Source of the DNA: Mobula hypostoma
Taxonomy: Eukaryota
Assembly (NCBI RefSeq): GCF_963921235.1
Contig: NC_086108.1
Coordinates: 20,522,001-20,586,000 of the forward strand
DNA: 64,000 bases
Reading direction: 5' to 3'
Below are positions 1 to 13,600 of the stretch, one piece after another. A program made the position numbers and the translations under genes. Numbering within the stretch: position 1 is the first letter of the stretch; each line of letters starts with the position of its first letter. Under the pieces are notes generated by a model that saw only the letters and a list, made by a program, of their open reading frames with translations, was not told the DNA's origin and did no database searches.

Positions 1-880
1 ACATATCATCAGGATCAGTAGTACTTCAGGATTACTAATTAGAATGCAGACTATGTGTTAACAGAATGCAAGAGCTCAAAGCAAGCTGTACACATTACTG
101 GAGAGATTGAGAAAAATATACAATAGTCAAATGGCAAATCTGAATGTTCATAGTACAAAGTTACCACAGGTAGGTTTTTTTCCATTCAAGATTGCAGCAG
201 ATAACAAAATCCACAGGAAAATTGTTCACATTGTAAAAATTAAAAAAAGAACATTACATGGGTATAAAATAGTTCAGTTAAAACACTTTTCCAACAAAAT
301 AAAGTATTTTAGGTATTAAAAACCTATGGATGTGCAATTCTACATGGTAATACTGTTGACTACATAGATTGCTCATTCCATTTCCATACCCAACATGGGT
401 TAACTAGACTAGAGCAAGTAAGCAAAATTAATGATGAAAGGATAGGAAATGCAAAAAAAAATCTTAAGTACTCCCAAAACAGTTAACTACAGTAACTGTA
501 ATCTAGCTGGATTTTATGTATCAAAAAGTCCAGCATTACTGGTTATAACATATACACTATTTGGTGAAACAAATCTTTTACTTAAGGCAGTGGTTCCACA
601 GGGCAGTCAGTGCAACTGGGATGCACAGTCCTCAGAGATTCAGATCACTTATCAAATGCTTCTTAGCTGCTCCAGGACAACCACAATATTGTCACTGAGT
701 CTTAGTGGTTGGTGCTGTTACGCTGTGAAGTTTGTGCTCCGATATAAGAATACTAAGCACACCTCTGGATTCAATCCTGGCACAGAAAGAACAAATGTGG
801 AACTCTTCCATGAGGTCCTTTCAGGAACCGCAAGCATCCATCAAGCTTGCAGACAAGTCTTGAATTATGCCACTATTCGG
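1..880 (-). other. RALGPS2: 3'UTR of RALGPS2 (partial, continues beyond window)
   Basis: AT-rich, repeat-free sequence directly downstream of the TGA at 881-883 (minus strand). No AATAAA seen on the minus strand in 1-880. Confidence 0.75.
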
Positions 881-910
881 TCATTCAAAAGACATCAAGT
901 TTGCAGGGAC
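881..910 (-). CDS. RALGPS2: RALGPS2 last coding exon, VPANLMSFE*
   Basis: Minus strand reads ...atcttctcag|GTC CCT GCA AAC TTG ATG TCT TTT GAA TGA. Phase 0 matches the previous exon ending in CAG, and the peptide matches the RalGPS family C-terminus. Confidence 0.93.
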   Translation of the reverse strand, partial: VPANLMSFE

Positions 911-1164
911 CTGAGAAGATAAAATTTTAAATACTGAATGAAACAATTATACAACATTAAGACCATAAATCAGCTGCACTAGCAATTCTCAAGAATGTGA
1001 AAAGATTCCTTTACAGGGACATAGTTAAGCTAGCGGGGACATCAAAAGCACACTCAGAACTAGGCTTAAGAATGTCTTAAAGTAAAAGAAACTTACAGAG
1101 AGGTTTATAGAAGGAAAAAACCAGAGGTTAGGGTCTCATTAGCTAAACATCTGATTAGATTCAT

Positions 1165-3410
1165 TAGGCAGCACAGAAACAGGCCCTTCAGCCTAATTTA
1201 CACCACCACCATTTTGGTGTCATCTGCAAATTTATTAACCATGCCATCTACATTCTCATCCAAATCGTTAATACATTATAAATGAAAAACAGTGAACGCA
1301 TTACCAATTCCTGTGGCACACTAGTAGTCACAAACCTCTATTCAGAAAAGGACCCTCCACTACCACCCACTGACTCAACACCAAAAAGCAATTTTGTATC
1401 CAATTGGCTAACATACCCTGAATCCCATATGATCTCAACTTCTGGGTTGGCCTACCATGGCAAGACCTTGTCCATTTAGTGATCTACTGCCCTGCCCACA
1501 TCATTCCTCTCACTCTTCTCTTCAAAAAGCTAAACTAAATTTATGAGACACAATTTTCAATGCACAAAGCCATGCAGACAATCCCTAACTGGTCCTTGCT
1601 CTTTCAAATACATAAAGATACTGTTTTAAAAAAAATCCTTTCCAGTAACTTACTCACTACTGATGTCAGGCTCACAGCCTTTAGATCCCTGGCTTGTCCT
1701 TGCAGCTCTTCTTAATAAAGGCACAATGTTAGCCACCCTCTAGTTTTTATCTCAGCTGTGGCTACCTATGATACAAATATCTCTGCCAGTGGCCCAATAA
1801 TTTCTTTTCTGGTTTTGCATAATATCTAAGGACACACCTGGTCAGGCTCAGGGGATTTATCCACCTTTATGCACTTTTAAGATTGCCAACACCTCCTCTT
1901 TTGAAATGTGGATTTTTTAAAAAAATCACCATTCTCTTCCATAATTTCCCTAGCTTCCATGGTTTCCACAGTAAATACAGACTTCATTTAAGACCTCATC
2001 CACCTTCTGTAACTCCACACATATTCTTTTCCTAGTTACTCTTTTGCTCCTAATGTACAAACGTATTTATAGCATCACTTAGGATTCTCCTTTTCCTTAT
2101 CTCAAGCTATCACACAGTATCCTCTCTTTTGGCCCTTTTGATTTCTCCTGTAATAGAAGTTTGCTTAATCCCAGCTGCCAAAAGTTGACATTTGCCTCCC
2201 TTTTCCTCACCAGAATCTCAATATTCCTTGTCATCCAGGGCTCCCTAATCCTACCAGATTTGCCTTTCATTCAAACAGGAACTTATTGGTCCTGAACTCT
2301 CCACATCTCATTTTTTCATACCACCCCACCCCTCACTTGCCACTCATCCTGTAAACCTGCGATTCTCACTGCACCAATTGCAATGTACCAAAGGTGGCAT
2401 CATGGCTTGGTATGGCCTGCGATCGCAAGACACTGTAGAGTTGCGGATGCAATTCAGCACATCATGGAACACAGCTTCCCTTTCCTGGATTCTGCCTACA
2501 ATTCTCGCTGTTTCAGTAAAGCAAACAATGTAATCAAAGTCTCCACCTACCCCAGACATTTTCTCTTCGACACAACCCTCATTGGGCAGAAGCAGCCTGA
2601 AAACATGTACCACTAGGCTCTAGGACAGCTTCTAGCCCATCGTTATAAGACTACTGAATGGTCCCTTATTATGAAAGGTTGGATTCTTGAACTCTCAGTC
2701 TATCTCATTACGGCACTTGCAACTTATTGGCTGCCTGCATTGCACTCTCTCTATAGTTCTGAAACTTTATTTTGCATTCTGTTATTGTTTTCTGTTGTAC
2801 TACCTCAATGCACTGTTGTAATAATATGATCTGTATGGATGACTTGCAGAACAGATTTTCACCCTACCTTGGGGTATGTCACGATAATAAACCAACTCCA
2901 ATTCCCTCTTATTTCTAAATTCTACCCATATATCCTCATGAGACAATCCCCCAAGGTATTTCCTCTCCAAGTACTGCCGGGATATTCTCCCTTATCAAAA
3001 AGGTAACACTCCCCAGTCTAGCCCTCAACCATGTTTCTTTATAGTTCCAATATTCCAATCCCATTAGTACATCTGGCCTTCATTACTCCATAATCTGTTC
3101 CTGTGTGTCCTGCCAACTGAATTTATTTGCTTTACTGCTGCACTGAAGAGAAATATAGAAGTTAAAGCAAACAAATACCATACCCTTGCCAGGCAAGTTT
3201 AAACCTTCCCAAATGGCACTAGTGAATCTTTATATTGGATTCTCCTCCTATTTAGCTTCAGGTGCAATTCATATAGTTACCTTCTACCCCAGAAGAGATC
3301 TCAATGAACCCGAATCCCATCCTCCTACACCATCTCTTCAGTCATGCATTCATCTGCTCAATCCATCTACTCCTATCCTTACTAACACATGGCAATGGAA
3401 GTAATCCAGA
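1165..3410 (-). mobile_element. Old degraded CR1 LINE (RT/EN/ORF1 remnants), interrupted by a Rex1 fragment; continues at 6819-7320
   Basis: Minus strand at ~1200-1275 reads INDLDENVDGMVNKFADDTK. ORF1/ORF2 junction remnant at ~3197. Confidence 0.7.
2345..2900 (+). mobile_element. Rex1/Babar LINE 3' fragment
   Basis: Degenerate C-terminal ORF (YPRHFLFDTTLIG) and 3' tail gataataaacc, similar to other Rex1 copies in the window. Confidence 0.6.
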
Positions 3411-6400
3411 GTCAAGGATGTCTCTGATCAATTGCATGACATTCTGAAGTGGGAGGGTGATCAGCCAGATGTCGTGGTGCACATCGGTACCAATGACATA
3501 GCAAGGAAGAGTGAGGAGGTCCTGGAGAGTGGTATAGAGCGCTTGGTAGGAAGTTGAAAAGCAGGACCTCGAGGGTGGTAATCTCAGGATTGCTACCTGT
3601 GCTATGTGCCAGTGAGGGTAGGAATAGGATGCTCTGGAGGATGAACAAATGGCTGAGGAACTGGTGTAGGGGGCAGGGTTTCAGATTTCAGGATCATTGG
3701 GATCTCTTCTGGGGCAGGTAGGACCTGTACAAGAGAGACGGGTTACACTTGAACTACAGGGGGACCAATATCCTTTCAGGGAGTTTTGTTAGTGCTATTG
3801 GGGAGGCTTTAAACTAGATTTAAACTAGATGGGAACCAGAGTGCCAAAGCTGACAGTGTGGCTGGGGTGAAAATAAATGATGTTAAAAGTTCAAGCAAAT
3901 CCGCTAATAGAAAGGTTGTGAGTGGTGGTAAAAATCTTCTGAGGTGTATATATTTCAATGCTAGGAATATTGTGGGGAAGGCGGATGAGTTGAGGGTGTG
4001 GATTGACACGTGGAATTATGACGTTATAGCAATTAGTGAAACTTGGCTACAGGAGGGGCAGGACTGGCAGCTTAATATTCCAGGGTTCCGATGTTTCAGA
4101 TGTGATCGAGGCAGAGGAATGAAAGGTGGGGGAGCAGCATTGCTTGTTAGAGAAAATATTACAGCAGTGCTCAGGCAGGACAGATTAGAGGGCTTGTCTA
4201 CTGAGTCCTTATGGGTGGAGCTGAGAAACAGGAAAGGTATGGCCACATTAGTGGGATTGTATTACAGACCACCCAATAGTCAACGAGACTTGGAAGAGCA
4301 AATCTGCAGAGAGATAGCAGGCAACTGCAGGAAACATAAAGTTGTGGTGGTAGGGGATTTTAATTTTCCATATATTGATTGGGACTCCCATACTGTTCGG
4401 GGTCTAGATGGTTTAGAGTTTGTAAAATATGTTCAGGAAAGTTTTCTAAATCAATATATACAGGGACCAACTAGAGGGGATGCAATATTGGATCTCCTGT
4501 TAGGAAACGAGTTAGGACAAGTGACGGAAGTCTGTGTGGGGGAGCACTTTGGTTCCAGTGATCATAACACCATTAGTTTCAATTTGATCACGGACAAGGA
4601 TAGATATGGTCCTAGGGTTGAGGTTCTGAACTGGAAGAAGGCCAGATTTGAAGAAATGAGAAAGGATCTAAAAAGCGTGGATTAGGACAGGTTGTTCTCT
4701 GGCAAAGATGTGATCGGTAGGTGGGAAGCCTTCAAAGGAGAAATTTTGAGAGTGCAGAGTTTGTATGTTCCTGTCAGGATTAAAGGCAAAGTGAATAGGA
4801 ATAAGGAACCTTGGTTCTCAAGGGATATTGCAACTCTGATAAAGAAGAAGACCGAGTTGTATGAAATGTATAGGAAACAGGGAGTAAATCAGGTGCTTGA
4901 GGAGTATAAGAAGTGCAAGAAAATACTTAAGAAAGTAATCAGGAGGGCTAAAAGAAGACATGAGGTTGCCTTGGCAGTCAAAGTGAAGGATAATCCAAAG
5001 AGCTTTTACAGGTATATTAAGAGCAAAAGGATTGTAAGGGATAAAATTGGTCCTCTTGAAGACCAGAGTGGTCGGCTATGTGCGAAACCAAAGGAAATGG
5101 GGGAGATCTTAAATAGGTTTTTTGCGTCTGTAATTACTAAGGAAACTGGCATGAAGTCTATGGAATTAAGGGAAACAAGTAGTGAGATCATGGAAACTGT
5201 ACAGATTGAAAAGGAGGAGGTGCTTGCTGTCTTGAGGAAAATTAAAGTGGATAAATCCCCGAGACCTGACAGGGTGTTCCCTTGGACCTTGAAGGAGACT
5301 AGTGTTGAAATTGCGGGGGCCCTGGAAGAAATATTTAAAATGTCGCTGTCTACGGGTGAAGTGCCGGAGGATTGGAGAGTGGCTCATGTTGTTCCATTGT
5401 TTAAAAAAGGATCGAAAAGTAATCCGGGAAATTATAGGCCGGTAAATTTAACATTGGTAGTAGGTAAGTTATTGGAGGGAGTACTAAGAGACAGAATCTA
5501 CAAGCATTTGGATAGACAGGGACTTATTAGGGAGAGTCAACATGGCTTTGTGCGTGGTAGGTCAGGTTTGACCAATCTATTGGAGTTTTTCGAGGAGGTT
5601 ACCAGGAAAGTGGATGAAGGGAAGGCAGTGGATATTGTCTACATGGATTTCAGTAAGGCTTTTGACAAGGTCCCGCATGGGAGGTTAGTTAGGAAAATTT
5701 AGTCACTAGGTATACATGGAGAGGTGGTAAATTGGATTAGACAGTGGCTCAATGGAAGAAGCCAAAGAGTGGTGGTAGAGAATTGCTTCTCTGAGAGGAG
5801 GCCTGTGACTAGTGGTGTGCCACAGGGATCAGTGCTGGGTCCATTGTTATTTGTCATCTATATTAATGATCTGGATGATAATGTGGTAAATTGGATCAGC
5901 AAATTTGCTGATGATACAAAGATTGGAGGTGTAGTAGACAGTGAGGAAGGTTTTCAGAGCCTGCAGAGGGACTTGGACCAGCTGGAAAAATGGGCTGAAA
6001 AATGGCAGATGGAATTTAATACAGACAAGTGTGAGGTATTGCACGTTGGAAGGACAAACCAAGGTAGAATATACAGGGTTAATGGTAAGGCACCGAGGAG
6101 TGCAGTAGAACAGAGGGATCTGGGAATACAGATACAAAATTCCCTAAAAGTGTCGTCACAGGTAGATAGGGTCGTAAAGAGAGCTTTTGGTACATTGGCC
6201 TTTATTAATCAAAGTATTGAGTATAAGAGCTGGAATGTTATGATGAGGTTGTATAAGGCATTGGTGAGGCCGAATCTGGAGTATTGTGTTCAGTTTTGGT
6301 CACCAAATTACAGGAAGGATATAAGTAAGGCTGAAAGGGTACAGAGAAGGTTTACAAGGTTGTTGCCAGGAATTGAGAAACTCAGTTACAGAGAAAGGTT

Positions 6401-6818
6401 GAATAGGTTAGGACTTTATTCCCTGGAGCATAGAAGAATGAGGGGAGATTTGATAGAGGTATATAAAATTATGATGGGTATAGATAGAGTGAATGCAAGC
6501 AGGCTTTTTCCACTAAGGCAAGGGGAGAAAGAAACCAGAGGACATGGGTTAAGGGTGAGGGGGGAAAAGTTTAAAGGGAACATTAGGGGGGGCTTCTTCA
6601 CACAGAGAGTGGTGGGAGTATGGAATGAGCTGCCAGATGAGGTGGTAAATGTGGGTTCTTTTTTAACATTTAAGAATAAATTAGACAGATACATGGATGG
6701 GAGGTGTATGGAGGGATATGGTCCATGTGCAGGTCAGTGGGACTAGGCAGAAAATGGTTCGGCACATCCAAGAAGGGCCAAAAGGCCTGTTTCTGTGCTG
6801 TAGTTTCTATGGTTCTAT
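3411..6818 (+). mobile_element. Young 5'-truncated CR1 LINE: ORF1 esterase C-terminus plus near-intact ORF2 (APE endonuclease and RT)
   Basis: ORF1 motifs HIGTNDI and RDGLHLN. ORF2 3858-6746 is in one frame broken only by TAG at 4683-4685 and 5700-5702, with motifs SETWL, GDFNFP, SDH, GVPQGSVLGP, KFADDTK. 3' stem-loop and ttctatgg tail present. Confidence 0.95.
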
Positions 6819-7320
6819 AGACCTTGAGGGTTTGCTTTTTAACCTTTTGCATAACTCCCTATATGCACTCTGCAAGAACTCATTCCTTTATCTAACAATT
6901 CATTGTTCACCCTTTCCCTTGACAACATTCTTCACCTGCTTGGAGACATCCTTCATCCTGGGAGGCAACATGCTATCCTGGAGCCTCATTGACACTTACA
7001 GAAACTACTGTCTATAATCAAATTATCAAATCTTTAATACTACAACTCCTGGTGTCTCTACTCTCCCCTGCTGTGCATCAGAAACAGCTGTTGTGCTACT
7101 GCCCTGGCTGTCCTTCTCAATAGCATCCAAAACAAGATACTTACTCCTGGGATGAATGGTCTCAGGGGAATCCTGCACTCTAACTATCTCTTCTACCTTT
7201 CCTGATGGTTATTCAACAATCTGCTACTGCACTTGTTGTGTGACCACTTCAATGACACTCTCAGCATCATATCTGCTCCTGAATGAGTCCAAGTGCAGTT
7301 TCTGACATGCTGAAACCTCT
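6819..7320 (-). mobile_element. Continuation of the old CR1 (ORF1 region)
   Basis: Resumes the ORF1 antisense sequence interrupted at 3410 (gtaatccagag ... accttgagg). Confidence 0.6.
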
Positions 7321-7799
7321 CGAGCCAAAGCCAAGGTATTTACATCTGAAACGGAGTAGCTTTTAATTACTTCATCATGGAACTCCCTGAGATTGCATAG
7401 GTGATTTGTAAAGTTGCACCATAAGTGGAAAATTTTAACAATGAGGGAATACGTGATAGGTATAGATATTACCAGCAGGTCTTTGTGTATGAATGCACAT
7501 ATCAATTGCCAGAAATGTTCCGAGCTCTTATAGGGAATGGTAGCTAGACCATGTTGGAGAAGGTGGATAACTATGCATCTCCTCTATCTTGGAGTTTCTG
7601 TGACTCCCATCAAAGTAGCTTGAATGGCAAAGTGACAAGAATTGGCAACTAAGGTCACCACCAGGTTAGGGTGTTGAACAAACTAGCTTCAATTGCTTTC
7701 CCAGGGCCAAGTGCTGATCATTAAACAACTAGATATCTCCCTGCTGTGGTACAGTTTGATCATTTTGGTCTTGTCCCATTTTTACAGCCAAAATCCAGA

Positions 7800-8525
7800 A
7801 AAAGTTGCTTAATTTCTTCAAGGGCAAGCAGGAACACTGGGTCACAGCTATGGTTTCAGGTATCCCAACTAAGGAGGTAGTGCAGTCAGTTGCTGGCGTG
7901 CATTCATACCCAGGTGCTGACTCTCTGCCTTAATACTCTGCAGAGATACTATGCGGACATATTATATTTCAGAGTGCGCCCAGGCTACATTTTTTGTCTG
8001 GCCAGGGCACTGCCTTCAAAATGACACACTGCTCCCAATGGCAAACATCATTTGTGCTGCTTTGCAGCAGTTGCCCATCTTTTCCTCAGACTTTTTTTCC
8101 CCCAGAGTCTGGAACATTGCTGACTTGATTCAAAGTGCCCTCTGTGCTCTACAGACTGTAAGGAGGTGTTTCCTACAAATGCTGTTTTTGTGCACACTCT
8201 ACTTCCTTGTCCATGATGGCAATTTGGGTACACAGCACAATGTAGAGGCCTGTTATGCCATCTGACAGCAGGGGATGGTCCCAGTACAGGTTTCTCCAAA
8301 TGTGAGTCCTGCCCCTTTAGATCAAAGACCTGGGTTGGAGAGTGCAACATAAGAAGCTGCATGCAATAAATTGTTAAATGGTTTGATGGATCTCTGAGCT
8401 ACCTTCCATTTCTGTGTCCTGGAAGTGTTTTGTTCCATATTTACATGAAATGTGAGTGGCTGCACCCCCATCTGTCTATTTGAAGGGTATGTTTCTCAAG
8501 TCCAGGCTGCATTTTCACCCCACGC
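7800..8525 (-). mobile_element. Highly degraded RTE-like LINE fragment
   Basis: Weak by-eye resemblance to an RTE RT/C-terminal region; no clean ORF. Confidence 0.3.
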
Positions 8526-8535
8526 TCCTGATATA

Positions 8536-9048
8536 CATTCAGTGTGCACTTCATTAGGTACACCTGTATACCTGCTCTTTAATGCAAATATCTAATCAGC
8601 CAATCATTAGGCAGTAACTCAATGCATAAAAGCATGCAGTTTTGGTCAAGAGGTTCATGTGCTGTTCAGACCAAATATCAGAATGGGGAAGAAATGTGAT
8701 CTAAGTGACTTTCACCATGGAATGATTATTGATGCCAGAGGGGGTGGTTTGTGTATCTCAGAAGCTGCAGACAGCCTGGGATTTTCACATACAACACATT
8801 ACAGAAAATGGTGTGAAAAAAACAAAAAAAAACATTGAGTGCATTTTCATCTGTGGGTGAAAATGCCTTGTTAATGAGTGAGGTCAGAGGAGAATGGGCA
8901 GACTGGTTCAAGCTGACAGGAAGGCTACAGTAACTCAAATAACCACACATTACAACAGTGGTGTGCAGGAGCATCTCTGAACGCACAACATGTTGAACCT
9001 TGAAGTGAATGGGCTACAGCAGAAAGTCACGAAGATACACTCAGAGTG
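8536..9048 (+). mobile_element. Non-autonomous Tc1-derived element
   Basis: TA-flanked terminus cattcagtgtgcacttcattaggtacacc. Encodes a transposase N-terminus remnant MGKKCDLSDFHHGMIIDARGGGLCISEAAD from 8683. Confidence 0.7.
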
Positions 9049-9069
9049 TATATTGAGGGCAGTAGGCCT

Positions 9070-10510
9070 CTCTGTTGATCTGCTTCAAAAGGGCAACAAT
9101 TATACCAGTGCCCAAGAATAATTATGTGAGCTGCCTTAATGGCTATCGCCCAGTAGCATTCACATCTACGGTGATGAATTGCTTTGAAAGGTTGGTCATG
9201 ACTAGACTGAGCTCCTGCCTCAGTAAGGATCTGGACCCACTGCGATTTGTCTATCACAACAGGTCAACGGCAGACGCAATCTTAATAGCTCTTCACACGG
9301 CCTTAGACCACCTGGACAATACAAACACTTATGTCAGGATGCTGTTCATTAACTATAGCTCAGCATTTAACACCATCATTCCTACAATTCTGACTGAGAA
9401 GTTACAGAACCTGTGCCTCTGTATCTCCCTCTGCAACTGGATCCTCAACTTCCTAACCAGGAGACCACAATCTGTGAGGATTAGTGATAATATCTCCTCC
9501 TCTATCAACACTGGTGCACCTCAGGGGTATGTGCTTAACCCCACTGCTCTACTCTCTATACCCATGACTATGTGGCTAGGCATACCTCAAATACCATCTA
9601 TAAATTTGCTGACGATACAACAGTTGTTGGTAGAATCTCAGATGGAGACAAGAGGACATACAGGAGTGAGATATGCCAACTAGTTGAGTGGTGTCGCAGC
9701 AACAACCTTGCACTCACGTTAGTAAGATGAAAGAGCCGATTGTGGACTTCAGGGAGGGCAAGATGAAGGAACCACAGATCAATCCTCAGAGGGATCAGAA
9801 GTGGAGAGAGTGAGCAGTTTCCAAGTTTCTGGGTGTCAAGATCTCTGAGGACCTAATCTGATCCCAACATATCGATGCAGCTACAAGGAAGGCAAGAGAG
9901 CATCTATACTTCATTAGGAGTTTAATGAGATTTGTTATGTTAACAAATACACTCAAACTTCTATAGATCTATAGATGTACCGTGGAGAGCATTCTCACAG
10001 GCTGCATCACTGTCTGGTACGGGGTGGGGGGTGGGGGGGGGCTGCTACTGCACAGGACCAAAAGAAGCTGCAGAGAGTTGTAAATTTAGTTGGCTCCATT
10101 CTGGGTACTAGCCTACAAAGCACCCAGGACATCTTCAAGGACCGGTGTCTCAGAAAGGCACCATCCATTATTAAGGACCTCCAGCACCCACGGCATGCCC
10201 TTTTCTCACTGTTATCATCAGGTAGGAGCTACAGAAGCCTGAAGGCACACACTCAGCGATTCAGGAACAGTTTCTTCCCTTTTGCCATCTGATTCCTAAA
10301 TGAACCTTGATCCTATGAACAGTACCTCAACTTTTTAAATATATATTATTTGTTTTTGCATGATTTTTAATCTATTCATTATATGTATACCGTAACTGAT
10401 TTACTTTGTATTATTATTATTACTTCTTCTATATTATATATTGCATTGAACTGCTGCTGCCAAGTTAACAAATTTTACGACACGTGCCTGTGATAATAAA
10501 CCTGAACCTG
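9070..10510 (+). mobile_element. Rex1/Babar LINE, 5'-truncated (RT plus C-terminus)
   Basis: ORFs 9075..9683 and 9975..10292 carry [30 protein letters not shown] and RFRNSFFPFAI. Tail gtgataataaacctgaacctga. Confidence 0.9.
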
Positions 10511-10640
10511 ATGGAATTCACCCTCGGGTTCTGAAGGAAGTAGCTGGAGAGATTGCGGAGGCATTAGCGATGATCTTTCAAGAATCGATAGATTCTGGCA
10601 TTGTACCGGATGACTGGAAAATTGCAAATGGTATTCTGCT
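10510..10640 (+). mobile_element. CR1 RT fragment
   Basis: Reads DGIHPRVLKEVAGEIAEALAMIFQESIDSGIVPDDWKIAN. Confidence 0.8.
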
Positions 10641-13600
10641 ATTCCTCAACACCTCTATATGCCAGAACCCACAGGAAGAGGAAATATAGACCAATACTTT
10701 GAATATGAAATAAAGTTTGAAGAGCTTCCAGCAGTAATTCAGACCTACTGCTAGAAGGACCTGTTTTAAGACCAGTCAAAACGAAAAAAGAATCTGAACA
10801 AATTATAACTTTGCAAGGACAGATTTCCTCCACCCACTGTAAGCCCAAAATGATGACAACCAGTTCTTCAGTATACACTGATAAATAGCTAGTAAGACAT
10901 TTCTTTATGTTTCCTGTAATTCAAGCACAAAAACAGCCACACCAACATTTCCCATTAAATTATCTTTTGATCCATCAGTAAAAATGGTCAACGTATCACA
11001 ATAATTCTCCTTAACATACTGATGAACCAACAGACTCTTGGGCATATCAGGATCCTTGGATTTCACTAAATCATGCAACCTAAAATCAACTAAAGCCATT
11101 GGGAAAAAAACCATAGTGGGGTTACTGAAAAAGCTACAGTGTGACAAATCATATAATCCAGCAAACCCATATTCCTAGCGTGATGAGAACCCCGTCACCC
11201 AAAACTAAAAAAAACACTCTTCTTGTAATGTTCCCAATAGTCTTCCAACACACTTAATAGGGTGATCATTCCTCTGCCCCCTCAAGTTAACCCAGTATGC
11301 TAACAACTTCATCCTTCACAACTATAAGGGTAATTGTCCCATTTCAACCAGTAAAGCTGAAACAGGAGATGACCTTACTGCACCACAACAGGCTAAAAGC
11401 CTGAACTTCTGTCACATCCAAACATTTTAAATTTGAAGATGAAGCTGATCCATAAGCCACACAGCCATATCAAGTACCAATGGAATTGAACAAATATATA
11501 AAGTCAACAGAAATTTTCACGGAGCACCCCAAGAATACCCAACAAAGACACCCAAGGATATTTAATGCCTCTTTTACATTTGTCAATCATCCTACTGATA
11601 TGGTGCTTCCATGTCAACTTATTATCCAGCCACATGCCAAAAAATCTTACCACTGACACTTCAAGAGTTTGACTATCCAAGTTCAAATTGAGTGCAGGTC
11701 TATTGATCCTCTTTGTAAAACATATGTGTTTTAGCTACTGAAAGCTTAAAACCCCATCTATTTGACCTTTCAAATTCACACAAAGAAAACTCTACATCAC
11801 TAATACTATCATTGCTATAGGTAGCTTCCAACACATCAGGATATTTACCTAGAATCTTATCCCTACATTGGTTAGCCTCTTCACTTATCTTGATTATGAA
11901 TTGCAGCAAATGACCAAGCCAGTAACTCACCCTTCTCTGTTTCATTAACAATTGTATTATCTTCTTTAATCAATACTGGAATGTTATTAGCCCTATGAAT
12001 CCCCACGTTTTTAATCATTCTCCAAACACCTTCAAGTTTAATATCCCTTCCAATACTATCACAATATGACCTCCAGTAAACCTTTCTCGCAACTTTCATT
12101 AGTTTCCTCACCACGGCCTGTGCCCTTATATACTTAACAAGGTCACTCGTTGAGTGATACTTCTTAACTTTCCTAAACACCTTATTTCTCTCCCTATTTG
12201 CCTCTGCACACTCCTCATTCCACCATGGTATAGCCTTTCTCCTATTAATGCCCTTTTTAATAGGAATCACTTCCACTGCAGTTTGATGAATAATAAATTA
12301 CTTAACCTTTCATTGCAGAAATCCACATCATTCTCAACATTTAACCCTGATAGATGTTCATCACATAAAACCTTAAACCTCTCCCAATTTGCTTTACCAA
12401 AATTCCACCTGCTAAAAGTGGCCTCCTGTCCCGTATATGAATCTGCACCCAAGCTTATAAATATAGGAAAATGATCACTTCCCAATGTTTCATCTCCCAT
12501 GATATCCCACTCATTCACTCCAGCCAGAATATTCCAAATTGAAGTTAAATCTATAACAGTTTCAGAACTATTATGAACATTAAATCTTGTGCCCCTCCCA
12601 TCATTAAGACACTCAAGATGGGAAATATTTAAAAATTCTTCTACAATCAAATCATTACTATCATTCTGTGAACAACCTCACAGTGAACAATGCGCATTAA
12701 AATCCCCACACCATACGACCCTCAGTGAGCTAGAGCTACATATGCTTTCCAGCAAATCAATCGAGAGCTTGCCAAAAAGGTTATAAAAATTTCCTTCTTT
12801 AATACACTTATCAAATACTTCTAATACAAGTGCCTCATATACTTAATTTACCTCCACAACCTTATGGACTATCTCTTTCCTTATAAAACTTGCAACACCA
12901 CCCCCTCTACCAACTAATCTATCCCGCCTAATTACAATATAATCCTGCAAAGAAAAACTTACATGTGGTAATAACCAGGTTTCCTGAATACAGGTGAATA
13001 ATCAGGTGGATTTGATAAATCAGAAACAAACTTCTTAAAGTCTTGGCCATTAGAAATCAGGCTTCTTGCATTCCAAAGCAATATTCTTATGCCCATTATG
13101 TATCTTCACAAGGACGGTGAAATACAGATACCCCACCCATTAGAGCTTCATTTACAGCTTCCCACATAACACCTGTTATACCCAGCCACTCTTCAGCAGC
13201 TTTCACAATAATTTTAATTTTCTCAGTACAAACTCGATGTTTCAGCAGTACAATTCACCACATCCATTATGAACATCACAAACTACATTTTATCAACTAG
13301 CGAAGTATCTTTAGTAAGAGAAGTATGATGCCAACATATAGTCTCTGACTTCACAGTCTGTTCCCTGATTGGTAATACTTTAGCAATGCTTGGTTTAACT
13401 TTTTGCACAGCCTCTGCCTAAGACATACCTAACTGTATTTTAACATTTTGAACTTCAGCTGCCTTAAGTACATCATATCCTCTGTAAGCTTCATTATGTT
13501 CTCCTCCACAATTACAACAATTAAACTTTACGCCTTCGCAATCCTCATATTTATGTTCCCCACCACACTTACTACATCTTACTGCTGCAACATGCCCAAA

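Noticed and set aside
449..922. 157-aa plus-strand ORF
   Set aside because: It is antisense to the RALGPS2 last exon and 3'UTR and has no recognisable domain.
10021..10041. G-run as a functional G-quadruplex
   Set aside because: It is a microsatellite expansion at a variable site inside a dead Rex1 copy (a similar tract occurs near 19161).
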